Shown here: positions 15,367-24,508 of the stretch, in pieces
Numbering within the stretch: the first letter of the stretch is position 1
Layout: the number at the start of each line of letters is the position of its first letter
NCBI GenBank assembly: GCA_039621445.1
Contig: CP154954.1
Span: 35,821,703 to 35,885,702, forward strand
Direction of reading: 5' to 3'
Source of the DNA: Euglena gracilis
Taxonomy: Eukaryota
DNA: 64,000 bases
Notes under the pieces: generated by a model
Told to the model about the DNA's origin: nothing
Database searches by the model: none
Seen by the model: only the letters and a program-made list of their open reading frames with translations
Position numbers and translations under genes: made by a program

Positions 15367-16034
15367 GACGTCTCAGAATATTCTTTTGTTTTTTTTGAAA
15401 TCCTCGGATTCCCAATTTTTCTTGATATCCCAATTGTCCACAAAGACGTAACACAACCAATGTTGAGACATAACCAGAGCCAGCAGTCTGCACAGGAGGA
15501 AAGGTTCGAATTAGGAATACAAAGTTCGGTTCAGGCGGTTAGTAAATAGTCCGCACACGCCCCCCATGCCAGAGGACGCAGCGCCACAGGCACAGGACGA
15601 AACGGCATCACACCACAAACAAAATGGCTTTACTATGGTTCAAGCACGAATGAATGGTGTTCAACACGAATTGTCCACAAAAAAGGTTCAGAACGACAAA
15701 TTTCAACACAAAGGAAGGTAAAAGAGGTTACTTCCGACGTTCACCGTGGTCCCTTCACTTCGTGGTTGGCTTGCCATTCAAAAGTAACACAAACCTGGGC
15801 GAAACTCCTCGCATCAATGGCAGGTTTGTGACTGAAAGCCTTCAAAGGTTAGACAACAATCCACCCATGGCGAGGCGGGTTGGTGTCTCCTGACCCGAAA
15901 AACCATCCAAAAGGCCCCCTGGGGGGCTTGACTTTCCTCCCGCGTGACTGAAAGCACGACCAAACATTTGGGGGGAGGCCAGGCTGTCTCTTGAGATGCC
16001 AACCCCCATTCACATTCTGAAACGTCGCAAAACA
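15359..16034 (-). repeat. Putative 3' LTR of the Gypsy element (676 bp, TG...CA, ~21-bp imperfect terminal inverted repeats)
   Basis: TGTTTTTTGACGTCTCAGAAT at 15359 is an inverted match to ATTCTGAAACGTCGCAAAACA ending at 16034. It lies directly after the chromodomain. There is no second LTR copy for confirmation and no clear PPT. Confidence 0.5.
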
Positions 16035-16542
16035 TTCTGAGCGCCTGGCGTAGGCTCGATTGTAAATTTTGATCCACACAATAATTCTTGAAAACCTCAT
16101 TCATTCTGCCTCCTGGTTGCACAAAGGAAGCCACAGGCTCCCATGTACTGCTGCTTGCCGGAAAATTCTCCCACCAAACCAAAAATTTCCATCCCCCTTG
16201 GTACTTGTGCTTCAGAATCTTGTAAACATTGTAAAAACCCAATTGTGCTTGTTCTTCTTCTGACATCTGAAGGGGGGGATCCCCTCCCTGGTCTGGCATG
16301 GGGGTGTCACCCTCCACTGGGTCTCCCACAACCGCTTCACCGGTCAAAAGGTCTGGGTCTTCTTCCAAAAGGCTTTCTTCATGCAAAGCAACCTCCCAGT
16401 GTTTGCACAAACCCAAAGAAACATCAATGACCCCTCCCAAAGATGGACTGCTTGCAATTTGCACTGAATTGAACCTCGATTTGAGAACCCGAAAAGGTCC
16501 TTGCCAGGGGGGGAAAGCTTGGGCCATGATTTTTTTGGCCAT
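15814..16542 (-). pseudogene. Integrase C-terminus (GPF motif) plus chromodomain
   Basis: WQGPFRV; YNVYKILKHKYQGGWKFLVWWENFPASSSTWEP is a typical chromodomain pattern. Confidence 0.9.
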
Positions 16543-17075
16543 CTTTTGTTGTGCACCAAAACATAGTCATCTTCTTCAATTTTTGCTGGTACCCTCCCTT
16601 TGTTGGCACTCTCAAAATCATTTTTCCTCAATTCTTTCAATCTCTGGGAAGCTCTTTTTTGAATTTCCATCTGGGTAAAAAGCCAAGAATGGGTTTCTCG
16701 ATTTGTCACCGGTTCTGGGGGTAATTCCAACCTCCAAGCTGGTCTCCCCAAAAACATTTTATGGGGTGACAACATTGTTGTGGGGGAAATCTGCGAATTA
16801 ATCAAAAATGTGCAATACGGGATCAGCTGCACCCAATTTTTGTCCTTGGAAGACAGACTCAATGCTCGCATATTCTGCAAGAACATTTTATTGACATTTT
16901 CAACCAAACCGTTTGATCGGGGGTTCCTGGGCAGAGAAAACGATAATTTCACGTCGAGAGCTTTCAGGGCTGTCTGGTAAAAACCACTGGGCTGTCTGAA
17001 TCGCACGTCGTTGTCAGACCTCACAACAGACGGTTTTCCAAAAACAGAAATCCACCGGTCCAAAATAAGCCTCAA
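16344..17075 (-). pseudogene. Retroviral-type integrase catalytic core (rve)
   Basis: FGKPSVVRSDNDVRF ... PRNPRSNGLVENVNK. The first Asp is in the upstream fragment (LCLDFV). Confidence 0.93.
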
Positions 17076-17089
17076 AACACCTTCTCCGG

Positions 17090-18250
17090 TTACCGTTTTC
17101 TGTGTGGGGATGAATTGGCAAAATAGGACAAATTGTCGACCAAAGTCAGCACATAGTCAAAACCATTGTAGGGGTCCATTTGCACAAAATCCAAACACAA
17201 AACTTCATTGCTCACTGTTGGAATCGGTAAAGAACCCACCTTTCCACGGTCACTGGGGCGGTTTTGTTTTGAAAGGGTGCAAATTTCACATGTCATCACA
17301 ATGGCCCTGCAAATGTCCAACATGTCTTTCTTGGAAACCTTGGACTGAAAATGGCTCAAAAAGAACAACAAAGTCCTTTCAGCACCAACATGGTTGCTTG
17401 CCTTGTGACATTCATCCAAACAAACTTTCAACAAATGAGATGGAACAACCAACTTTCCTTCACAATACATGGCCTTGGCAGATCTGAACCAAAACTCATT
17501 GTCAATGAAACAGGGTTTTGAAACCTCCACTTTTTCCCAAAAATCCTTCAGCTCTGAATTCAAATAATCCTTTTCTGACACTTGCACTCTGTGGGACAAA
17601 CTGAAAATCTTCTGCAAAAACAGGTCAAGCTGCACATCGATTTTCTGAAAAGCGTTCCTTGCTTCTTCCTCAAAATGAATTTCGAATTTGTTCTCAAAAT
17701 CAGCACGAGACAAAAAATCACACAATTCATTTTTGCAACCTGCCACATGAACGATATTCAGTTTGAACTGGTTCAAAAACACATACATCCTTCTCAATCT
17801 TTTGTTGAGGGGGGGTTCACTCTTCAGGAAAGAGGTGGCTGCCTCATTGTCTGTCATCCACACAATTGGCAGATTTTGAAAAATCCTCGTTTGTGAAGCA
17901 ATGGTCAGCACACCACTCAAAATTTCCTTTTCCCAGGTAGTATATTTTTTTCTTGCCTCACTCCATTTCCAGTTGTAGTGGCCCAAGGGCACCAACCTCA
18001 TTTCACTGGGGTAGTTGTTTTTCAGGGTTCCATCCACCTTCACACCACTTGTTCGAAAATTCTCAGGAATTTGTGTTTGTTGGAGGGTTTGCCACTGAAA
18101 CAATGCTGAACCACCTCCCAAATCCGAACTGTCAGTCACCACAACAATCTCTCCTGAACTCCTGGGGGTACCCAAAACATCAAGAGAAGACAATTTCCTT
18201 TTCAATGCATTCAAACAACTCTCCTCCTTTTCAGTCCACCTCCATTTCAC
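17090..18250 (-). pseudogene. Ty3-type RNase H plus integrase HHCC zinc finger
   Basis: VVTDSSDLGGG, KYTTWEKEILS, WMTDNEA, HVAGCKNELCDFLSR; CHKASNHVG ... CEIC. Confidence 0.93.
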
Positions 18251-18414
18251 ATTCTTTTCAGTAGATCTGTGAGCGGGGCTGAGTCAAAAGTAAAACCCTT
18301 CACGTATCTGCGGTAGAAATTCATGGCTCCCAAAATTCGCCTCAAATCCCTTTGATTCTGAACTCGAAAACTTAGAATTGGTTCAATGTTTCTTTTGTTT
18401 GCCTGCCACATTCT

Positions 18415-19155
18415 TCATCCCAACGAGAAACCCAAATAGTCAATGGACTGATTCAGAAAGGAACATTTGCTCAATTTGATTCTCACTTGGTTCTTTCTGC
18501 AAACTTCAAACCACTTTTCCAAAAGATACAAACGATCCCCTTCGGAGTTTGCACCAACCCCTGTGTCATCGAAAAAAGAAGCCAGGTGTCCATCCTTCAA
18601 AATCTCTCTCACCCTCAAATCCGTTTTGCATTGGGAGGTTAGAATTTCCATCAGCTCCTGAAAAATACCCGGTGCATTACTTAGGCCAAACATCATCCTT
18701 TTGGGCCGAAAACACCTCCCAGAAGGAATGCAAAATGCAGACAAATTTGCTGCTCTTTTTGTGATTGGGATTTGCCAATACCCACTCCTCACGTCCAGGG
18801 TACTTTTCCAGCGACATTTGGCCAAACGTTCAATCAAAACCTCCATGCTTGGCAAATAACCTGCATGTGCCTTGCTTCTGGCATTCAATTTTCCATAATG
18901 GACGACCATCCTTCTGGTACTTGACCCTTTTTTGTCCACCAAAAATGTGGGGCTGCACACCTGGGGGATTTCATCAACCGGGAATTGCTCAACCAACCCT
19001 GACTTTAACAATTCTTCACACTGAAGGTCAATTTCTTTTTCATCCTCCTGAGGCATGGGCCAACGCTTTTGCCTTAGGGGTTTGCCTTCCCACTCAGGCT
19101 TCAGCTCAATGTCCATCAAAACAGGCAGGGGGGAAGACTCAGAAATTGTGGGCAA
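18415..19155 (-). pseudogene. Gypsy-type reverse transcriptase
   Basis: SPTFLVDKK, RMVVHYGKLN, TLDVRSGYWQI, MMFGLSNAPGIFQ, FFDD, KLSKCSF, DYLGF. Confidence 0.96.
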
Positions 19156-19823
19156 TGGTCCAAAACATCAGAAAATTTCACCAAAAGCTCATACAACCTG
19201 GGGTGGTCTCTGAATTTCTCAACTTCTTTTTTAAAATCTCCACTCAGATTCTCAGTAAACAATTTGCTGCTTTTTTCATCAGCCTTTTTCTGGGCCTCCA
19301 AAGTCCAAATCTTTTCATGCAAAACTTGGGAAATGCTTTTTAATTCATCCATCTTGATTGTTGCCTTGGGAGTTTTCACAGGTTTTGCAAACTAAACATC
19401 TTCCACAGGCTGGGCCAGCTGGAAAAACATCACCTCCACATCTTTTTTCACCTCCTGAAAAAGACTCAGCTCACTTTCAATGTCCTTGGTCAACTCAGCC
19501 AAAAAATTGATGTTTTCATGCTCATTCATTGGTTCAAACACCACCACATTGTCCAACCATTCTTTCACCTTTTCATCTGATTCCTTGAGGGAAACATTCT
19601 CCAAAGGAAAACTGGGACTTTCAAAAAGTTGCTTGTCTGCAGGTGGACTGGCAGGCTGGGGTGCCTGCTGCAGGGGGGGAACATCAGGAAGATCTGGGAA
19701 ATCAACTTGAATTCCATCATCCACTGTGGGGTACTTCCTGATCTCACCTCTGAGGTTCATCCAAACTCCAATTCCTTGAAACTTTTCTGAGCCACCTGAC
19801 AATTTTGGGGTGCAAAAGCTCAA
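19116..19823 (-). pseudogene. Acidic/Pro-rich and helical linker of the polyprotein between MTase and RT
   Basis: Two in-frame ORF pieces (19392-19823 and 19116-19379) separated by one stop. No recognisable motif. Confidence 0.6.
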
Positions 19824-21126
19824 AATCCACTTTGAATTGCACAGTGTCCACCAGACTCACAAAAGTGTTCCACAGGGGGGAGGGTAGCACCTTTTTGCAC
19901 TTGTCACCCACAAACAAGGGAACCCCACTTGAAATTTTCACCCTGGCCACAGTCACCCTTTCCAGCAGGGGGGACCAGTACTGGTCCACCCAGTCTGGGT
20001 GTACCAGGACCATTTTTGTTTCTTCAATGCACAACTTTGTCACCACTTTGCTTAGTTGGCTGAAGGGGGGGTTTGCCCACAGAAACTTGGAAGCACCAAT
20101 GTCACACAACAACCTTTCCCATGAATACCTGTAGGCTGAATTCCCTTTTGTCATGTACAAAGACTGGGTGTGGTTCACGTGGTTTGCAAAAAGATCAATG
20201 CAAATCTGACCCTCAGAAATCTTCAATTCATCCAAAGCTTTTGTCTTCACTGGCTTCACCAAAGTGTAGCTTTCTGTCTTGAAAAGTCTGAAAATTCTTT
20301 TGATGGTGTGGTCCCCATCATGGGTCTGAAGTAAAAACTCCTCACCATCAATGATGATTCTGGGGGGTCTGCTCAGCAACCCACCAAAAAATTCACTTTC
20401 AGTAAAGTCAGTCCCCAAAACTGCCTCGAAGGCATTTGTTTCAAAAACAACCGCTTTAAGCTTTAGAATTTTTCGTCCCAACTGCAGGCTCACCTCACAC
20501 ACTCCTTCAGAAAAAATGTACTCACCGTTGCCGATCTGCAGGGGTACCGCAGCACTCCGTTGAATTTTATTCTCTGGAACACATTTCTTAGAAACTGCAG
20601 TTATGGTGGCCCCAGTGTCCAAAATGGCTTGAATTTCCTTTCCATAAACCCTCACTGGCAAAAGATAAGTTTTACACACCATCTGGAGCAATTGTAAAGC
20701 ATCAGCCTTTCTCTTTTTGGGGTTCTCACCCTGGGGGGTATCCTGGGTTTGCACTCCCTGGGGTTGAACCGAAGGGGTCCCTTTGCCTGCCCCCTTCTGG
20801 GCTGCTGCCTTCTTTTTCTCAAACTTTTCTTTTGACCAACATCTGTCTTCATAATGCCCTTTTTTGTGACAAAATAAACAGAAAATTGTGGCTCCAAATC
20901 GTGGGGCTGGGGTGTCATCCACTTTTCTTTCACCCTTGCCTTTGCCTTTTCCTTTGCCTTTTCCTTTTCCACCAGATTTTCCTCCTTTTCCAGATTCTGG
21001 GACATTTTCACCAACTTTTTCAGATTGATCAGGGGGTTCTTCAATCAATGGTCTGAGATTTTCTTTTTTCAGCAAATTCCTCTCCAACCAATCTTCAGAA
21101 CTTTTCTCCGAAATTGTTTTTCTCAA
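19744..21126 (-). CDS. Gag zinc knuckle + aspartic protease + N6-adenine DNA methyltransferase-like domain (one open frame, N-terminally truncated)
   Basis: CLFCHKKGHYEDRC (CCHC); ILDTGA (DTG at 20611-20619); CIDLFAN (DLFA at 20185-20196); FLWANPPF (NPPF at 20062-20073); VLVHPDW..QYWSPLL. Confidence 0.92.
   Translation of the reverse strand: MRKTISEKSSEDWLERNLLKKENLRPLIEEPPDQSEKVGENVPESGKGGKSGGKGKGKGKGKGKGERKVDDTPAPRFGATIFCLFCHKKGHYEDRCWSKEKFEKKKAAAQKGAGKGTPSVQPQGVQTQDTPQGENPKKRKADALQLLQMVCKTYLLPVRVYGKEIQAILDTGATITAVSKKCVPENKIQRSAAVPLQIGNGEYIFSEGVCEVSLQLGRKILKLKAVVFETNAFEAVLGTDFTESEFFGGLLSRPPRIIIDGEEFLLQTHDGDHTIKRIFRLFKTESYTLVKPVKTKALDELKISEGQICIDLFANHVNHTQSLYMTKGNSAYRYSWERLLCDIGASKFLWANPPFSQLSKVVTKLCIEETKMVLVHPDWVDQYWSPLLERVTVARVKISSGVPLFVGDKCKKVLPSPLWNTFVSLVDTVQFKVDFELLHPKIVRWLRKVSRNWSLDEPQR
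19870..20280 (-). other. Dam/DIRS-like N6-adenine methyltransferase domain
   Basis: The motif series DLFA..N, W......ANPPF, L.KV..K, VLV.P.W..Q.W matches the pattern of the MT domain of DIRS-type retroelements and phage Dam-like enzymes. Confidence 0.85.
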
Positions 21127-23428
21127 ATCGACTTCGTCCAGATCATCTCAAAGACATGCTCTCTGATCCCCTGGGGACACAATCTGAACAACTCCTCACA
21201 ATTTTGGACCAATTCATCCGAACATGTTTGACAAACGGAATTCACAACTCAGTGGCATGGATTTTCGCTGGTGCCCGTTTGACTCCTCTTCGAAAACCCT
21301 GCAATCCAAGCGAAAACCTTGATGAGCTTGGCAATGCCAACCCCATTCCTGACCCAAAGAAGGATGGCACGCGACCAATTGCAGCTGGGGAATGCCTGCG
21401 TCGATTGGTGGGCAAATATTTGATGAGGCACCCCAAAATCAGGGACCGCCTTAAAGAACTGCAGCCACTACAATGCGGTGTAGGGGTCCAGGGGGCATGT
21501 GAACTCACTGCTATGGGACTGCAGCAAGAAGCAAATCACCTGCACATGCAACAGGACAGCACCTGGGCTTTGTTACAGGTAGATTTCAGCAATGCTTTTA
21601 ATTGCGTAAAAAGAAAGACAGTCCTTGCTGAAGTGGCTAAACGCTGCCCGGAGGCGTACGTTTGGTTCGAGACTTCTACGCCGAACACAGACTGCTCTTT
21701 TGTGGGTCATCACACCTTCGGAGTGCCTCTGGCGTACAACAAGGGGACCCTTGTGGCCCAGCCGGATTCGCCTTGGCGTTGCAATCCCTCGTTGAGTCCT
21801 TGCAAGACGTTGTGCCACTCCAATTGTGGTATTTGGATGATGGACACATCCTGGGAACCCTCCCATAATTACATGCAGCAATTACAGAAATTCAACGACA
21901 GGGGACGCTACTAGGCATACACATCAACGCAAAAAAATGCCGCCTGTGGGGCCCTGCAGCAACAGAAGCCAATCGTGCTGAAATGCCGCAAAACAGCCCA
22001 CTTCATGCAGTCCCAATCGTGAACTACTCCCCCGATTCTGGTATACGGGCCCTGGGAATCCCGGTATGCTGTCCACAAAGCGGAGGCTTTGCGGGGGAAG
22101 TGTGGGCTGAACGTGCAACAAGTGTGCAGAAAGCTTGCCGGGCCCTTTTGAACCTACCGCAGGCCCAAATTCAGTCCTGCCTCTTACGAACCTGCCTAGA
22201 TGCATGCAAAGTTAATGACCTCATGCGTGCAACAGAACTGGGGCAGGCAAATGACGCGTGTGCTTTGTTGACCAAAGAAATCAGGAACACAATGAGCAAC
22301 ATTGTTGGATCCCCCATCGATGACAATCAATGGGCTCAGGCCACCCTACCTGTGCGTCATGGCGGACTCGGAATGCGGGACCCATCACGGGAACGTCTCC
22401 CAGTACGGATATCCGGCATTGTGACGTTTGTCAGCAATGGCAGACGCACCCTGGGTCTGGCAGACCGAGGAGTACCGAAAGACACTGTTGAGTGCCTGTC
22501 CTCTGCCAACTCCATCCTCGAAGGAACTCCCCCAACGCAAACATGGGCCGCGGATGTATCACTCTTGAACGAATCCCAAATCCCTCACATTCAACAGAAG
22601 TGGTGGAGTGAATGCTTTGCGAAACAACGACAAAAGGTATTATCCTCCAACCTTCACGGTCAAGACGCCGTCCGGTTCGCAAGCCAACAGCGGCCCCACG
22701 CAATGGCCTGGGCTTCTGTCACACCACCCTCTGGACTGAAAACATTGGTTGCTTCTGCCGAATTCAAAGGATTTCTAAAGTGGTCACTGGGAGCACCAGT
22801 TTGCCCACCAACGGGATCAACGTGCCCACGTTGCACCGAGCCAATGGACAACCTGGGTAATCACCTTGTATGCTGCAGCTCAAATGGCATCACGCGGCGA
22901 CATGGTGCAATCCAGGACTTTGTGTTCCAACTGGCACATGATGCTGGGTTTACAGCAAAAAAAGAACAAGGAGGTCCAGAGAGAACACGCCCGGGCGACG
23001 TGCTCATTAGCAGACTTAACGCCAATGGTCCTGGAGCAGTGGATATCACAGTGAGACACACAGCAGCACCGTACAGACCGTTGCGTGACGCAGCTGAACT
23101 AACTTAATGGTATGAACGCCAAGAGAAGGAAAAACATTCAAAATATGACGCCACCTGTGGGAGGATGAGATGGACCTTCATTCCATTTGTTGTTGACTGC
23201 TATGGCGGCTTAGGCCAAGAAGTGCTAACCTTAATGTCAACACTGATGAAGCTTCTCCTCGGTCAACAAGATGCATGGTCAAAACGCAAAACTGAAGCCG
23301 ACACATGGCAACTTCTATCAATCACTGTTGCGCGAGAGATCGCGCGACAAGTAATCTGGGGACGGTATGCAGGCAACGACACAGATCCAGACGTAACCAA
23401 CACCATACACCAACCGTATTGTCTGTAA
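21114..23428 (+). pseudogene. CRE-like RT-CCHC-RLE polyprotein, disrupted
   Basis: Frameshift near 21670 and stops at ~21866 and 23105. YLDD is at 21830-21841. Confidence 0.9.
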
Positions 23429-24032
23429 AGAAGACCATTACGACCCCTAGACCCAGAACAAACAATTGTCCTCAAACCATTCACAACTTGTCAAAAAAGT
23501 AAACAACGGTACCCAACTATCAGCAACCTGTGTCCCACATTGACAAGAGAAGTGGACGTCAATTGGCTTGTGGAACAGTGGTGGAGCCATCTGGAACGGT
23601 GGATCCCACCACCCATTGCCCATTTGAGACGGTGTAAGCAATTTGACCACAGGGTCGAAGACTCCATGACACACCAACCGTACGCATAACCAACCACAAG
23701 ACTAAAAAGACGTCCAAACCCTTACCGCACTGAAAACAGAGCCTTCCCTGCGCCAACTCCCCTAAACCCAAACCTAAACTTGTCGCTGCCACAACCTCAA
23801 CACTCAACAGTCCCCATGGCCGTTCTATTGAACCTTCCCTGCCGCTGTACACTTTCCTCTCACACTCGCTATCTCCCCTCCGTACTGTGCCCCACACCGC
23901 CCTTCTTCTACTTCACCTTCGACTCTCGCCCCTCCCACAGTCCCCACTGCATATGCGGACAATTCGATGTAAATATCTCACCCGCCATGAACTTCGGCTC
24001 GGAGTGTTCCTCCTAGGCCGCTTGCACAAAAG
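21128..24032 (+). mobile_element. CRE-clade non-LTR retrotransposon (RT + restriction-like endonuclease), 5'-truncated, ~600-nt 3' UTR ending in a short A run
   Basis: LRPDHL, RPIAAGECLRRLVGK, PLQCGVG, VDFSNAFN, GVQQGDPCGP, YLDD, LPVRHGGLG, CPRC...HLVCC, RHG, RPGD, AVDITV, FIPFVVDCYGGLG. Confidence 0.93.
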
Positions 24033-24508
24033 TACCAGTAAACCACGACAATCGTGAGACCAACAGGTCCCCTGACATTGGCGGCCTCATGGAACACCCA
24101 TTCGGTTACTCGGAGTAAGGCCCAATTTGGTCCATTTTTGTATGGTAACCTGGGCTGACCTGGTAAATGTCCCCCGGAATGGTCGAATGCACCCATCTAA
24201 ATGTGCTCATTTCTTGCAAAAAACATTCCCGCTGCATGTTTTTCATACCATTGAACCACGACAATCATGAAACCAACGGGTGCCCTGAATTTGGAGGCCT
24301 CCTGGAACACCCGTTCGGTTACTCGGAGTACGGCCCAATTTGGTCCATTTTTACATGGTAACCTGGGCTGACCTAGTAAATGTCCCCCGGAATGGTCGAA
24401 TGCACCCATCTAAGTGTGCTCATTTCTTGCAACCAACATTCCCGCTGCATGCTTTTATTACCATTAAACCACGACAATCATGAAACCAACGGGTCCCCTG
24501 ACTTTGAG
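24033..24508. repeat. 213-bp satellite, ~2.2 further monomers
   Basis: Same monomer sequence and orientation as 1-15366. Confidence 0.97.

Larger units (their letters stand above)
15359..21130 (-). mobile_element. Ty3/Gypsy chromodomain-bearing LTR retrotransposon, 5'-truncated and degenerate, encoding an extra DNA methyltransferase domain
   Basis: Minus-strand domain order is Gag CCHC, aspartic protease (LDTGA), MTase (DLFA/NPPF), linker, RT (FFDD), RNase H, integrase (HHCC, D-D-E, GPF), chromodomain. It has several frameshifts and stops. The gag N-terminus and 5' LTR are missing. Confidence 0.95.

Noticed and set aside
15359-21130. DIRS element, suggested by the MT domain
   Set aside because: It has a protease, a DDE integrase with HHCC/GPF and a chromodomain, and no tyrosine recombinase motifs.
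23758-23780. Telomere-like CCCTAAACCCAAACCTAAA
   Set aside because: Only three degenerate units inside the CRE 3' UTR.
23430-24032. Missing 5' LTR of the Gypsy element
   Set aside because: No similarity to 15359-16034. It follows the CRE stop codon, so it is read as CRE 3' UTR.
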